Made by a program: the position numbers and the translations under genes. From Candidatus Latescibacterota bacterium (GTDB taxonomy: Bacteria > Latescibacterota > UBA2968 > GCA-2709665), in the NCBI GenBank assembly GCA_963662665.2, contig CAXXJS010000037.1:47860-111859 (forward strand): a stretch of 64,000 bases of DNA, given 5' to 3'. Within the stretch, counting starts at the first letter, position 1. Every line of letters begins with the position of its first letter. This document shows, one piece after another, positions 1 to 9,218 of the stretch. Below the pieces are notes generated by a model. It worked only from the letters and a program-made list of their open reading frames with translations, ran no database searches and had not been told where the DNA came from.

Positions 1-1073
1 AGCGCTTCATTACGGGTAAGACTCCCCAATTCATGTGGAATGGGACCGGAAATGCCATTCCGTTGAAGGTAGAGCCGTCTGAGATGCGAAAGGCTGCCCA
101 GTTCAGAGGGGATTTCACCGGTCAGATTGTTCTCGCTCAGGCTTACTACCGAAACGCGACCGTCGAATGTGATGACGCCATGCCACGTGGAAACGTGTTT
201 GTCGGTCAGCCAGTTGGTCCGTTCATTCCAGCTGTCTCCACCCGTCGACCTGTATAGCGCCACCAGGGCGTCACGTTCCGCTGGGTCCACAAGCGGGGCG
301 GGCGGCGGGAGTTCCTTTCCGAACTGAGCGGCGAATTCGAGAAAATCGCCGAGACCGACCGTCCCGTCGCCATCCAGGTCGAACCGTCCGTCGAAGGAAT
401 CCTCCTCCCGCTGAGCGCCGAAATTGCTCGCGAGCAGCAGAAAGTCGGAAAATAAGACAGTACCGTCGCCGTCGAAGTCGGCACGGTGTACGTCAAGGCC
501 GGGAGACGGGGCCGCCGTACTGTCCTGCAGGGAAAGATCGACGTCGAACGACGCGGTTTTCTCCCGGTATCGCCCGAGTTGAATGTCACCCCGGGCCAAA
601 CGGATCGTTGTGCTCGAAAAAGACTCGGACGTTCGAAAACGTATGGTGCCCACAAGGCCGTCTCTGGGCGTGGTGCGGCTCGCAAACGGCCAGACCGAAA
701 CCTCCACGGACTTCGGATGCGTTTCTTCCTTCGTCGTCGCCACGGCATGGGTCATGATTCCGCCAACGTCGAACCTGTCGAAGAGGACCTGCCGAGCGTC
801 GTATTCGAAGCGCATGGACACGACGGTCGCCCCCTGGATGTCATCGCCGAAGACCTGTATGGAAACGACGTCCCCGGCGGAGACTTCAAGTGACGTCGCG
901 CCCTGATCGCCCTCCGCGCCATCCAGATCGGGAGAAAGCGAAAACAGACTCTGGGAAGAAACCGGCTGCGGGCCAATCCACAGGGCAATGGAAATGGTGA
1001 CAGAGATCAGCAGCGCCGCCCCGCGGAAGTATCGGGCGGACCAAAGCGATGGAGGAGTTCTCGATTCAGGCAT
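1..1073 (-). CDS. Secreted cohesin-like + dockerin/EF-hand-like + plant-type leucine-rich-repeat protein (runs off window start; not in ORF track)
   Basis: Manual translation from ATG at 1073 (GGAG RBS upstream): MPESRTPPSLW..., ADFDGDGTVLFSDFLLLASNF / FDLDGDGTVGLGDFLEFAAQFG repeats, LRR N-cap ERDALVALYRSTGGDSW..NW, LRRs LSENNLTGEIPSELGSLSHLRRLYLQRNGISGPIPHELGSL; open to position 1. Confidence 0.9.
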   Translation of the reverse strand, partial: MPESRTPPSLWSARYFRGAALLISVTISIALWIGPQPVSSQSLFSLSPDLDGAEGDQGATSLEVSAGDVVSIQVFGDDIQGATVVSMRFEYDARQVLFDRFDVGGIMTHAVATTKEETHPKSVEVSVWPFASRTTPRDGLVGTIRFRTSESFSSTTIRLARGDIQLGRYREKTASFDVDLSLQDSTAAPSPGLDVHRADFDGDGTVLFSDFLLLASNFGAQREEDSFDGRFDLDGDGTVGLGDFLEFAAQFGKELPPPAPLVDPAERDALVALYRSTGGDSWNERTNWLTDKHVSTWHGVITFDGRVSVVSLSENNLTGEIPSELGSLSHLRRLYLQRNGISGPIPHELGSLTRNEA

Positions 1074-1328
1074 CGGGTTCTTTCTCCCTATTTGGTGCAG
1101 GAGTTCTCATTTTCCAGATATTATAAAACATAATTAAATACTCTGATTTCAACAAGGGTATCGCGGGTCGTATTTATGTATCCCAGGTTTGCGCATGTGC
1201 GGCGCACAATTGACGGCCGTCAGCCAACTTTAGGACAATAGAAGGCCGCTCCATCGTCGCATTCATCGCGGAGACCCACACGTCCCTTCGACTTCCAGCG
1301 GTCTCAGTATTCACTGCTTAGTCGAATT

Positions 1329-1371
1329 ATACAACATAAACGTTGACAACAGAATTGTTGTATGATATATT
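1329..1371 (+). promoter_or_regulatory. Sigma70 promoter with extended -10, overlapped by two CAAC-N6-GTTG palindromes
   Basis: TTGACA 1343-1348, 17-nt spacer, TG at 1363-1364, TATATT 1366-1371; ACAACataaacGTTGA and ACAACagaattGTTGT overlap the -35 and spacer. Confidence 0.75.
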
Positions 1372-1403
1372 TGCCTCCTATTCATCAAAAAAGGAGCGTA
1401 CTA

Positions 1404-2645
1404 ATGAACTCATCCACGGGCCGCTGGGTTTGCGGCGATGACTTTTTCAACCGTGATCGTGAATTGAAGATTCTGGAAACACTGGTCCGAGACGGAAACC
1501 ACGTGCTGTTGACCGGACAGCGGAGGATGGGAAAGACCAGTATCGTCAGGGAACTCGGTCGCCTACTCGAAGCCGACGGTTGGATCTTTCTCTTTGCCGA
1601 TGTTGAAGGAGCGGCATCTCCAGAGGATGCGATTACTGAGATTGCGAGGGCCGTGCTCCCCGTTCGTCCGGTAGCTGCCCGTTTTGCCGTTGGAATGAAG
1701 CGTTTCTTGACTGAAAGCTTAGAGGAAATCAACGCGCTCGAATTTGCCGTGAAAATCCGTGCAGGGCTGAACGCCGGCAATTGGAAGCATCATGGTGAGC
1801 AGATGTTTAGTGTATGCGCCGAGCAGGACAGGCCGGTGCTCCTGGTCGTCGACGAACTACCCATATTTCTCAAACGAATGCTCCAAGCCGACGGCAACGC
1901 ACGTCGTGTGGACGAATTCCTGAGTTGGATGCGCGGAGAATTACAGATTCTTGAAGAAGGCGCTCCAGTTCTCATTGTGTCCGGCAGTATCGGTCTCGAA
2001 CCACTCGTGCGGAGGCTCGGAATACCCGACCGCATCAACCATTTCTATCCGTATCGGCTCGCGCCATGGGACCGTGCAACAAGCGTGAAGTGCTTCAACC
2101 GCCTTGCGGAAAGTTACAAGTTACCCCTGGAGGACGGAGTGGCCGATGCAGTGTATACTGCACTCGGGATCGGCATCCCCCACCACGTTCAATCATTCTT
2201 CACGCGTCTGCGGGAATTCGCCACCATGCACGAACGTAAAAGGGTGACGGTGAAAGACGTGGACCAGGTCTATCATAACTCACTCCTGGGACCTTCCGGC
2301 CAAAGCGACCTCGTGCACTACGAGACGCGCCTCATGGATGTGCTGGAAGATGAGAGCTACTCTATTGCGATGGAGATTCTCGCCGAAGCGGCGGTTGAGG
2401 GAGTGTTCACACCAGACGCGTATAGCTGTCTTGGCCAAATGTATTCCAGGCTCGTAAATGATGCACCTGCACGCATCGCCGATGTTCTTGATGTCCTGGA
2501 ACACGACGGGTATCTCAAAGGCAGTGCCGACGGCCACCGTTTTGAGTCGCGTGTGCTCAAGGACTGGTGGGCATCCCGATTCAGAGATCACCATATCCCG
2601 ATCCTGCGCCGCGAAGACAAAAGAGATTCAAAGGAGGCAGTGTAA
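1404..2645 (+). CDS. STAND-like / archaeal-type P-loop ATPase
   Basis: AGGAG RBS then ATG 1404; FFNRDREL motif, Walker A GQRRMGKTS, Walker B LLVVDE, GIPHHVQ post-NTPase motif, C-terminal wHTH-like LDVLEHDGYL. Confidence 0.85.
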   Translation: MNSSTGRWVCGDDFFNRDRELKILETLVRDGNHVLLTGQRRMGKTSIVRELGRLLEADGWIFLFADVEGAASPEDAITEIARAVLPVRPVAARFAVGMKRFLTESLEEINALEFAVKIRAGLNAGNWKHHGEQMFSVCAEQDRPVLLVVDELPIFLKRMLQADGNARRVDEFLSWMRGELQILEEGAPVLIVSGSIGLEPLVRRLGIPDRINHFYPYRLAPWDRATSVKCFNRLAESYKLPLEDGVADAVYTALGIGIPHHVQSFFTRLREFATMHERKRVTVKDVDQVYHNSLLGPSGQSDLVHYETRLMDVLEDESYSIAMEILAEAAVEGVFTPDAYSCLGQMYSRLVNDAPARIADVLDVLEHDGYLKGSADGHRFESRVLKDWWASRFRDHHIPILRREDKRDSKEAV

Positions 2646-5416
2646 TGACAGCTTCCAAACCATCGCCGCTGAGCCCCAATCGCAGGATAAGGAAGTTCAA
2701 CCCCGGCACGCATCAATCTGACGAAGAGATTGTCGAGCAGTTTGTCGTTCGCAAACGCGAACTGGATGCCGTACTCGAGGTTCTCCGTGAAAACGTGAAT
2801 TCACCCTCCTGCCAGCACATAATGATCGTTGGCCCTCGCGGTCGGGGAAAAACCATTCTCCTGGTTCGGGTCGCCGCGGAGTTGCGGACCGACAAGCAAC
2901 TCTCAGAAAGCCTGTTTCCAGTCCGGTTCATGGAAGAGAGCCAGGAGATCTTCAATCTGGCCGACTTCTGGCTCGAGGCGCTGTTTCATCTCGCAAGGGA
3001 GACCGAGGAGCAGAATCCTGTCCTTTCGCGGAATCTGCGTGAAACGCATGGCGACCTTTCCTCGCGGTGGCGTGAACAGTCGCTCGAAGCGCTCGCCCGA
3101 GCCGCGGTTCTGGAAGCGGCGGACCGGCTGGACCGAAAACTCGTGCTTATGGTTGAGAACCTGCAATCGCTATGCGAAAACGTGGATGACAACTTCGGCT
3201 GGAAGCTTAGAGAGGCACTTCAGTCCGAACCTCAGGTCATGCTGCTTGCGTCCGCAACAAGTCGATTCGAGGGTCTTGACGACGTGGAGCAGCCCTTTTT
3301 CGAACTGTTTCGAAACATCAACTTGCAACCGCTGGACACAGATGAGTGTCGCCGCCTGTGGCTGGTCGTGAGCGGAGATAAAGTGAGTTCGCGGGAGATC
3401 AGGCCGATCCAGATCCTGACCGGCGGAAACCCGCGCCTTCTGGTCATCGTCGCGGAGTTTGCGAGACACCGCTCCCTGCGCAGGCTGATGGAAGAACTGG
3501 TAACGCTGATCGACGAGCACACGGAGTATTTTCGCGGACATCTGGAGGTCTTGGCGAAGACTGAGCGACGGGTGTACGTCTCGGTGATAGACCTCTGGAA
3601 GCCGTCGAGTCCCGGCGAAATCGCGGCGCGCGCTCGTACAGACGTGCGCATCGTATCGACGATGCTGGGGAGATTGGTCGAGCGGGGGGCTGTCACCGTG
3701 GAAGGCCGGGGACGAAAGAGACTATATGCCCCCGCGGAACCTCTCTACAGCATCTATTACAAGCTGCGGCGCGAGCGCGATGCGGCGGCCGTCGTGGAGA
3801 ATCTGATACACTTTATGGTGGCGTTCTACGACATTGGCGAGTTGGACGGAATTCGTGAACAGTTATATTCCGAGGCAATCGGTTCAGATATCATCCGCGC
3901 CGGATTAGACCGCGCGCTAGCGAAAATTCCACCTGCCAACGACAGTTACACGAAAAAAAAGTGGGATTTCGTCAAAGACGCTGCGGTTAAGGTTGAAGTC
4001 TATCATCAAGGAGTGGCTGAAAGACGGCTTGACAAAGATATCGAGGACGCGTTTCAGGTACATGCGTGGCAGAAAGTCATCGGAATCATCGATGAGGTGT
4101 TCACGTCCAGGAACATGGAATCTCGGAAATTGTCAGAAGCATTCATTGCCCGAATTATGCATGCGAAGGCCTTTGCGTACGAGCAACTTCGAGATTTTCA
4201 CGCGGTGATCACAGCGTGCGACGAGCTGGTCAAGCGCTTTGGCGAAAGCAGTAAGCCGGAAACTCAGACGAGGGTCGCTGCTGCGTTGTTGGATAAGGGC
4301 AGAGCGAAACAACAGATGAATGATCTGGAGGGAGCCACGTCAATCTACGATGAGGTCGTTGAGCGCGGTAGGGAAGGCGACATATCAAGTCTTCTGTGGT
4401 TGGCCGTCGCTGCATTACATTACACGGGAGAAGCCAGAAGGGAACAGGGTGATCTGAGGGGAGCCATTGTGGCGTTCGACGAAGTGGTCGAACTCTATAG
4501 CGAAAACAAACCACCAGATCTTCAGTTCTGGGTTGCAGCGTCGTTGGTTCGCAAAGCAGAAGCATTCAAGGAACAGGGCGATTTTGAGGAGGCCCTTTCG
4601 TTATGCGAGGAAGCAGTCAGGCGATTTGGCGAAAGCGTCGCGCCGGATGTTCAAAGCTGGATTGCCGGGGCACTGATCGATAAGGGAAGATTGAGAAAGG
4701 ATCAGGGCCATCTGGAGAAAGCCCTTGTAAACTTCCAGGATGTGGTCGAGCGTTACGGCGACGACGATGAGCCTGAACTCCGGAGGTATGTCGCTGGGGC
4801 GTTGATCGACATTGGAAGAACGAAAGAGGAACTGGGTGATCTTGTAGGAGCTATGGCATCATGGGATGAGATGGTCTCGCGCTATGGCAATAGCGACGAG
4901 ACCATTGTTCAAAGGCTTGTCACCGGTGCGTTGCTGGAAAAGGGCCGATGTCAGTCCGAAATGGGACATGCAGATGAAGCGCTACTGTTGTGTAAGGACC
5001 TCGAAAAAAGGGTTCGTGCTCTGGCCGGAAATGGAAATTGCCAATTCGCGTGGCAGATTTTGTGTATACGAACTCTGGCGCTGGCGGTCCGAGATGAGAA
5101 TGTAGCTGCTATGAATGTGTTTTGCTCGGTGTATGCCTCATTGCCTTCTGACAGCGAAGTTGGAATGAACTGGATGATAAGGCTCGTGCCCAACCTGCTC
5201 GCAGCCGGGGCCTCAGAACAGGAGCTCGTTGCAGTTCTTCTGACCGATCCCTCGAAATCCAGTACGCTGGCGCCTCTTGTCGTCGCGCTTCGCGAACGGC
5301 AGGGCGAGAGGGTTTATGCACCAGCGGAGGTTCGCGAGGTCGCTGCGGATGTGCGCAAGCTAATCGTCGACCGTGTGAAGAGTCGGGCGAATGCGACAGC
5401 AGATTCTCCGGCTTGA
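2645..5416 (+). CDS. STAND-like ATPase + winged-helix + TPR-like repeat protein
   Basis: Start overlaps the upstream stop (TAATG), GGAGG RBS; Walker A GPRGRGKT, atypical Walker B VLMVEN, GGNPR motif, wHTH SPGEIAARARTDVRIVSTMLGRLVERGAV, about 7 TPR-like repeats of 43 aa. Confidence 0.85.
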   Translation: MTASKPSPLSPNRRIRKFNPGTHQSDEEIVEQFVVRKRELDAVLEVLRENVNSPSCQHIMIVGPRGRGKTILLVRVAAELRTDKQLSESLFPVRFMEESQEIFNLADFWLEALFHLARETEEQNPVLSRNLRETHGDLSSRWREQSLEALARAAVLEAADRLDRKLVLMVENLQSLCENVDDNFGWKLREALQSEPQVMLLASATSRFEGLDDVEQPFFELFRNINLQPLDTDECRRLWLVVSGDKVSSREIRPIQILTGGNPRLLVIVAEFARHRSLRRLMEELVTLIDEHTEYFRGHLEVLAKTERRVYVSVIDLWKPSSPGEIAARARTDVRIVSTMLGRLVERGAVTVEGRGRKRLYAPAEPLYSIYYKLRRERDAAAVVENLIHFMVAFYDIGELDGIREQLYSEAIGSDIIRAGLDRALAKIPPANDSYTKKKWDFVKDAAVKVEVYHQGVAERRLDKDIEDAFQVHAWQKVIGIIDEVFTSRNMESRKLSEAFIARIMHAKAFAYEQLRDFHAVITACDELVKRFGESSKPETQTRVAAALLDKGRAKQQMNDLEGATSIYDEVVERGREGDISSLLWLAVAALHYTGEARREQGDLRGAIVAFDEVVELYSENKPPDLQFWVAASLVRKAEAFKEQGDFEEALSLCEEAVRRFGESVAPDVQSWIAGALIDKGRLRKDQGHLEKALVNFQDVVERYGDDDEPELRRYVAGALIDIGRTKEELGDLVGAMASWDEMVSRYGNSDETIVQRLVTGALLEKGRCQSEMGHADEALLLCKDLEKRVRALAGNGNCQFAWQILCIRTLALAVRDENVAAMNVFCSVYASLPSDSEVGMNWMIRLVPNLLAAGASEQELVAVLLTDPSKSSTLAPLVVALRERQGERVYAPAEVREVAADVRKLIVDRVKSRANATADSPA

Positions 5417-5783
5417 GCAACTTCAGCACGGGCAACTGATTTCGGTTTGTCTACGCCCAATGGGGTTGACAGTTGTGGATTTATGCAATAGATTTCGGAT
5501 ATGAATATCCGTTGTGACGCGAAGCGAGGCATTCGAAGTGGATTATTCACGAAAGCCAGTGCTTTTTGTTGAATAATTGGCTGTTTTTCGACAATGAACC
5601 GGCAGTTCTTGCAGCTGTGGGATCGAGTTGGTCGTCGCTGTGTCGCGCGGTAAATGGTCGAAGGTTCATTGCCGTCGTTCATATCCGGGAGCACTATTCC
5701 CGCATTTGGTCTTTATCCTGTTTATCCTGTCCATCCATGTAAGGTCTGTATTCTGAATTTAACGGTGTTTAAGGAGTGTCGGT

Positions 5784-6866
5784 ATGCGGAAGATAATCCT
5801 CCCGGCCGTCTGCGGGGCGCTGGTTTCAATCGGACCGGCCCTTGCCGATGAACTGACCACGGACAACGGGAAGCGCGCTATTGCCAATCCGAAGGCGCGG
5901 CAGCTAAGTGTCCTGGATGCGGGCAAGAGTTCACTACAGAAGCCCACGCCGATGTCGGGGGAAGGGACGTTGAAGGGATACGGGCTTTCGCTGGAACACG
6001 TTCCCTCCAGGTACGAAATGGTAAACGGTCGCGCGTTGAGCGGGAACCCGCTGGAAGCCGGGGACGGCAAACGGCCGCTGCCCTTGCCGACATCGGATTT
6101 CGGGGACGGAAGATCCAACGGAAGACTGACGAGGGGATTGAACATAACCGGGGGCCGGAACGCGTTTGCCACGCTCAGGCTGGAAAAGGTTGAAGACTCG
6201 AGCGCAGACAACGGGCTCCTGAAACTCCACGTCTCACTGGCCCGCGTGAAGGACCTGAAAGGGTACGGGTTTTCACTGCACTACGACCCGACGAAGTACG
6301 AGCTGATGGATGCCACGGAATTGGAAGAGAACCTGCTCAAATCCGGCTTGGGGCGGCAGACGCTGTTCGTATCGGCAAACCACACACCGGGCAGGCTGGA
6401 TGTGGGCGCGGTGAAGGTGGATGGTCAGGCGGTCAGCGGCGACGGAAGGCTTGTAGAACTCACCTTTAAGACAGTCGGTACGCCAGCTTCCGGCGATTTC
6501 AGAATTTCGGAGGGTGTGCTGGTCGGCCTCGATGGCGCCATCGACCGGCTGGCGAATGTTGATTTCGCCCGCCTGACGCCACAACCCGGCAAATATAGCC
6601 TGGACCAGAATATGCCGAATCCGTTCAACCCCTCCACCGTTATCGGATACACCCTTCCCGAGGCCGGCCCGGTACGGCTGGCCATCTACAACCTTCTGGG
6701 CCAGGAGGTCCGCGTTCTGGTCGACCGTCATATGGAGGCAGGTTCCTTCTCGGCGACCTGGAATGGGAAGGACGAAATGGAGCGGCCGGTGTCCAGCGGA
6801 ATCTATCTCTATCGGATACAGGCCGCCGATTTTACGGCGTCCAAACGGATGATGTTCCTGAAATGA
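5784..6866 (+). CDS. Secreted cohesin-domain protein with C-terminal FlgD-Ig / T9SS type A-like sorting domain
   Basis: Signal peptide; cohesin-like LKGYGFSLHYDP...GDGRLVELTFK; C-terminal LDQNMPNPFNPSTVIGYTLP..IYNLLGQEVRVL..SGIYLYRI. Confidence 0.85.
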   Translation: MRKIILPAVCGALVSIGPALADELTTDNGKRAIANPKARQLSVLDAGKSSLQKPTPMSGEGTLKGYGLSLEHVPSRYEMVNGRALSGNPLEAGDGKRPLPLPTSDFGDGRSNGRLTRGLNITGGRNAFATLRLEKVEDSSADNGLLKLHVSLARVKDLKGYGFSLHYDPTKYELMDATELEENLLKSGLGRQTLFVSANHTPGRLDVGAVKVDGQAVSGDGRLVELTFKTVGTPASGDFRISEGVLVGLDGAIDRLANVDFARLTPQPGKYSLDQNMPNPFNPSTVIGYTLPEAGPVRLAIYNLLGQEVRVLVDRHMEAGSFSATWNGKDEMERPVSSGIYLYRIQAADFTASKRMMFLK

Positions 6867-6892
6867 ACCAGGCTGGACGTCGCAGCGGGATA

Positions 6893-6924
6893 GAAGGGCC
6901 GCCCCGAACGTGAGGCGGCCCTTT
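6893..6924 (+). terminator. GC-rich hairpin, probable terminator or mRNA-stabilising stem
   Basis: gaagggccgcc ... ggcggcccttt downstream of the stop at 6866; weak U tract. Confidence 0.5.
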
Positions 6925-6960
6925 CCATTCCAGTCGATCACCCAATGGAAGGAAGGAAAC

Positions 6961-7866
6961 ATGCCCCGATTTTGCGCAATCGCCCTGGCGGCCCTTACTG
7001 CGCTCGGATTCGTCCAGAAGGTTGTCGCGGAGACGCCGGACTTCTACGCGCACTGGGCGGACGGCAAGGCGGAGATCTCCAGCTATCGCGTGGCGCAGCC
7101 TCGTTACGGAGAGTCACGCGAGGGATACGGCGTCCTCATTTTCGTCACCGAAGACGTGAATCGAAATACCTACATTAAAGTCGAGTCGCCAACGCCACCG
7201 GACGAGAAGGTCTACGTTCTCAAACTGAACAACGTGTTGAAGTTCACCACCGGCATCTACGACTATTCGGTAATGACATCCGTCTTCAGCGCCGTTGAGG
7301 GTCTGGACGGTTCAAACCCGTTTGAACTGATGAAAGTGAATCTGAGTTCGCAGGAGTGGTGCGGACATATTTTCGATGAAATTCGCGTGAATGGAGGCAA
7401 ACTGCGCGGCACCCTGAACAGTTACTTCGAACGCGAAGGCCTGCGTACATACAGTCTGGACAAGCCCGAAGGCTTTCAGAGCGAAGACCATCTTCTCATA
7501 CAAATCCGGGAGCTCAAAGGACCCATGATGCAGACGGGCGAATCGCGGCCGGTCCGGCTTCTGCGCAGCCTCTGGTCATTCCGGACGCGCCACCGTCCCC
7601 ACGCCCTGGTGGACGCACGGTTGAGCAAAGGACTGCCTGAGACGATCACCGTGTCGAACGAGAGCCACAACGCCATTCCATGGCGCTGGGAAACAGACGG
7701 GTGGAACACAACCGTGTGGGTGGAAACGGCGTACCCTCGCCGCATTCTGAAATGGGAGGACACGTTGGGCGGCAGTGCGGAACTGATGGTGACCGTACGC
7801 GAACCCTATTGGCAGCAGAAAGCATCGCGGGACGAAATCTACCGGCAGCGGCTGGGGATACCCTGA
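6961..7866 (+). CDS. Secreted hypothetical protein
   Basis: GGAAGG RBS, signal peptide; conserved-looking motifs W.DGKAEISSY, IFVTED, KFTTGIYDYSVMTSVF, SSQEWCGH. Confidence 0.75.
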   Translation: MPRFCAIALAALTALGFVQKVVAETPDFYAHWADGKAEISSYRVAQPRYGESREGYGVLIFVTEDVNRNTYIKVESPTPPDEKVYVLKLNNVLKFTTGIYDYSVMTSVFSAVEGLDGSNPFELMKVNLSSQEWCGHIFDEIRVNGGKLRGTLNSYFEREGLRTYSLDKPEGFQSEDHLLIQIRELKGPMMQTGESRPVRLLRSLWSFRTRHRPHALVDARLSKGLPETITVSNESHNAIPWRWETDGWNTTVWVETAYPRRILKWEDTLGGSAELMVTVREPYWQQKASRDEIYRQRLGIP

Positions 7867-7888
7867 AATATAAATTGGAGGACCGAGA

Positions 7889-8638
7889 GTGACGACAATC
7901 GAAAAGGCGCGAGAAGCCATAGAACAGAGCGACATCGGGAGGCTGGAGGGTTTAATCACATCCTTTCCCGATCTGCCCAATCTCAGATCGGGAGACAACG
8001 ATCGCACGCTTCTGCATACCATCGCAGATTACCCCGGGCACAAACCGAAGGGCGTGGAAATGGCCAGACTGGTCATCGACGCGGGAGGCGACGTTAACGG
8101 GCGTTTTCAACACGGGGAGGTTGAATCGGTAAAGGAGACGCCATTGCACTGGGCAGCCAGCAACGATGACGTCGATCTGGCGGACCTCCTGCTCGACGCT
8201 GACGCGGACATAGATATCGATTGCGGCGTCATCGCGAATGGGACGCCGATATGGAATGCCGTTATTTTTCGATGTGTGAACGCCGCACGGCTGTTGATCG
8301 ACCGTGGCGCGGCATCGAACCTCATGACGGCCGCCGGCGCAGGGCGACGGGACCTCGTGGATCGGTTCTTTGACGACGACGGAAACGTGACGGAAAACGC
8401 CGGGGCCCTGCCATGCTGGGATGAACCGAGGCCGCCGCAGACGGCCCTGGACAGCGCTTTCGGCCTGGCGTGTCGAAACGGCCATACGACGATCGCCAAA
8501 ATTCTTTACGAACGGGGCGCCGATCCGGATTGGGTCAACCCGGCCGGCGAATCCGCGTTTCTTCAGGCACGGAGAGGCAATCACAGGATCGTCATGGACT
8601 GGATGAAGGCGCGCGGCCTCGCACCGGATGACGCTTGA
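7889..8638 (+). CDS. Ankyrin repeat protein
   Basis: RTLLH, ETPLHWAASNDDVDLADLLLDADADID, GTPIWNAV, LACRNGHTTIAKILYERGADPD. Confidence 0.9.
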   Translation: MTTIEKAREAIEQSDIGRLEGLITSFPDLPNLRSGDNDRTLLHTIADYPGHKPKGVEMARLVIDAGGDVNGRFQHGEVESVKETPLHWAASNDDVDLADLLLDADADIDIDCGVIANGTPIWNAVIFRCVNAARLLIDRGAASNLMTAAGAGRRDLVDRFFDDDGNVTENAGALPCWDEPRPPQTALDSAFGLACRNGHTTIAKILYERGADPDWVNPAGESAFLQARRGNHRIVMDWMKARGLAPDDA

Positions 8639-9218
8639 CGTGAATCCGGACGCATCTTCTCTCGTAATTCTGGGTAGTGAATCGCAGGGCGGGTCGTATA
8701 TATTGAGGATTCGCCTGGCGGAGCCTACCCCGCTCTCGTTCGGCGGATTCAAGCGCGGAAAGATCATATCGCTGCCTGCGGGAGAGTACGTCTACGTCGG
8801 GTCGGCGACGTCGAAGAAAGGCGCCGCGTCGCTGGCCAACCGCCTGGTCCGCCATGCCACCCGAAGCGGCAGGAAGGAACCTCACGGAATCCGGTGCGAA
8901 TTACTCCGGCGATTCAACCCCATCGGTCTGGGAAACGAAAACCTCGAGCCAGCAACCCAAAAGAACCTGCACTGGAATATCGACTATCTGCTGGACCTGC
9001 CGGCTGCCGAGCTGACCGGCGCCTGCATCCTTCGAACTCCGGAGTATCTCGAAGAACGTCTGGGTAAATTCCTGGAGCGCGATCCCCAAACCATCGTTGT
9101 TGAAAAAGGCCTGGGCGCAAACGATGCGCCCGGCAACACCCACGTTCTACGCCTCGCGGCCGGAGAGGCGTGGTGGACGTCCCTTCCTGAACGGCTCAGA
9201 GGCCATTTTAGCATTTAA
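8628..9218 (+). CDS. GIY-YIG superfamily nuclease (DUF123-like)
   Basis: GSYIL...GEYVYVGSA...LANRLVRH...LHWNIDYLL...GLGAND. Confidence 0.8.
   Translation: MTLDVNPDASSLVILGSESQGGSYILRIRLAEPTPLSFGGFKRGKIISLPAGEYVYVGSATSKKGAASLANRLVRHATRSGRKEPHGIRCELLRRFNPIGLGNENLEPATQKNLHWNIDYLLDLPAAELTGACILRTPEYLEERLGKFLERDPQTIVVEKGLGANDAPGNTHVLRLAAGEAWWTSLPERLRGHFSI

Noticed and set aside
5712-5740. 9-nt tandem tttatcctg repeat (and a similar short run at 34119-34145)
   Set aside because: Too short and isolated to support a feature beyond low-copy intergenic repeat debris.
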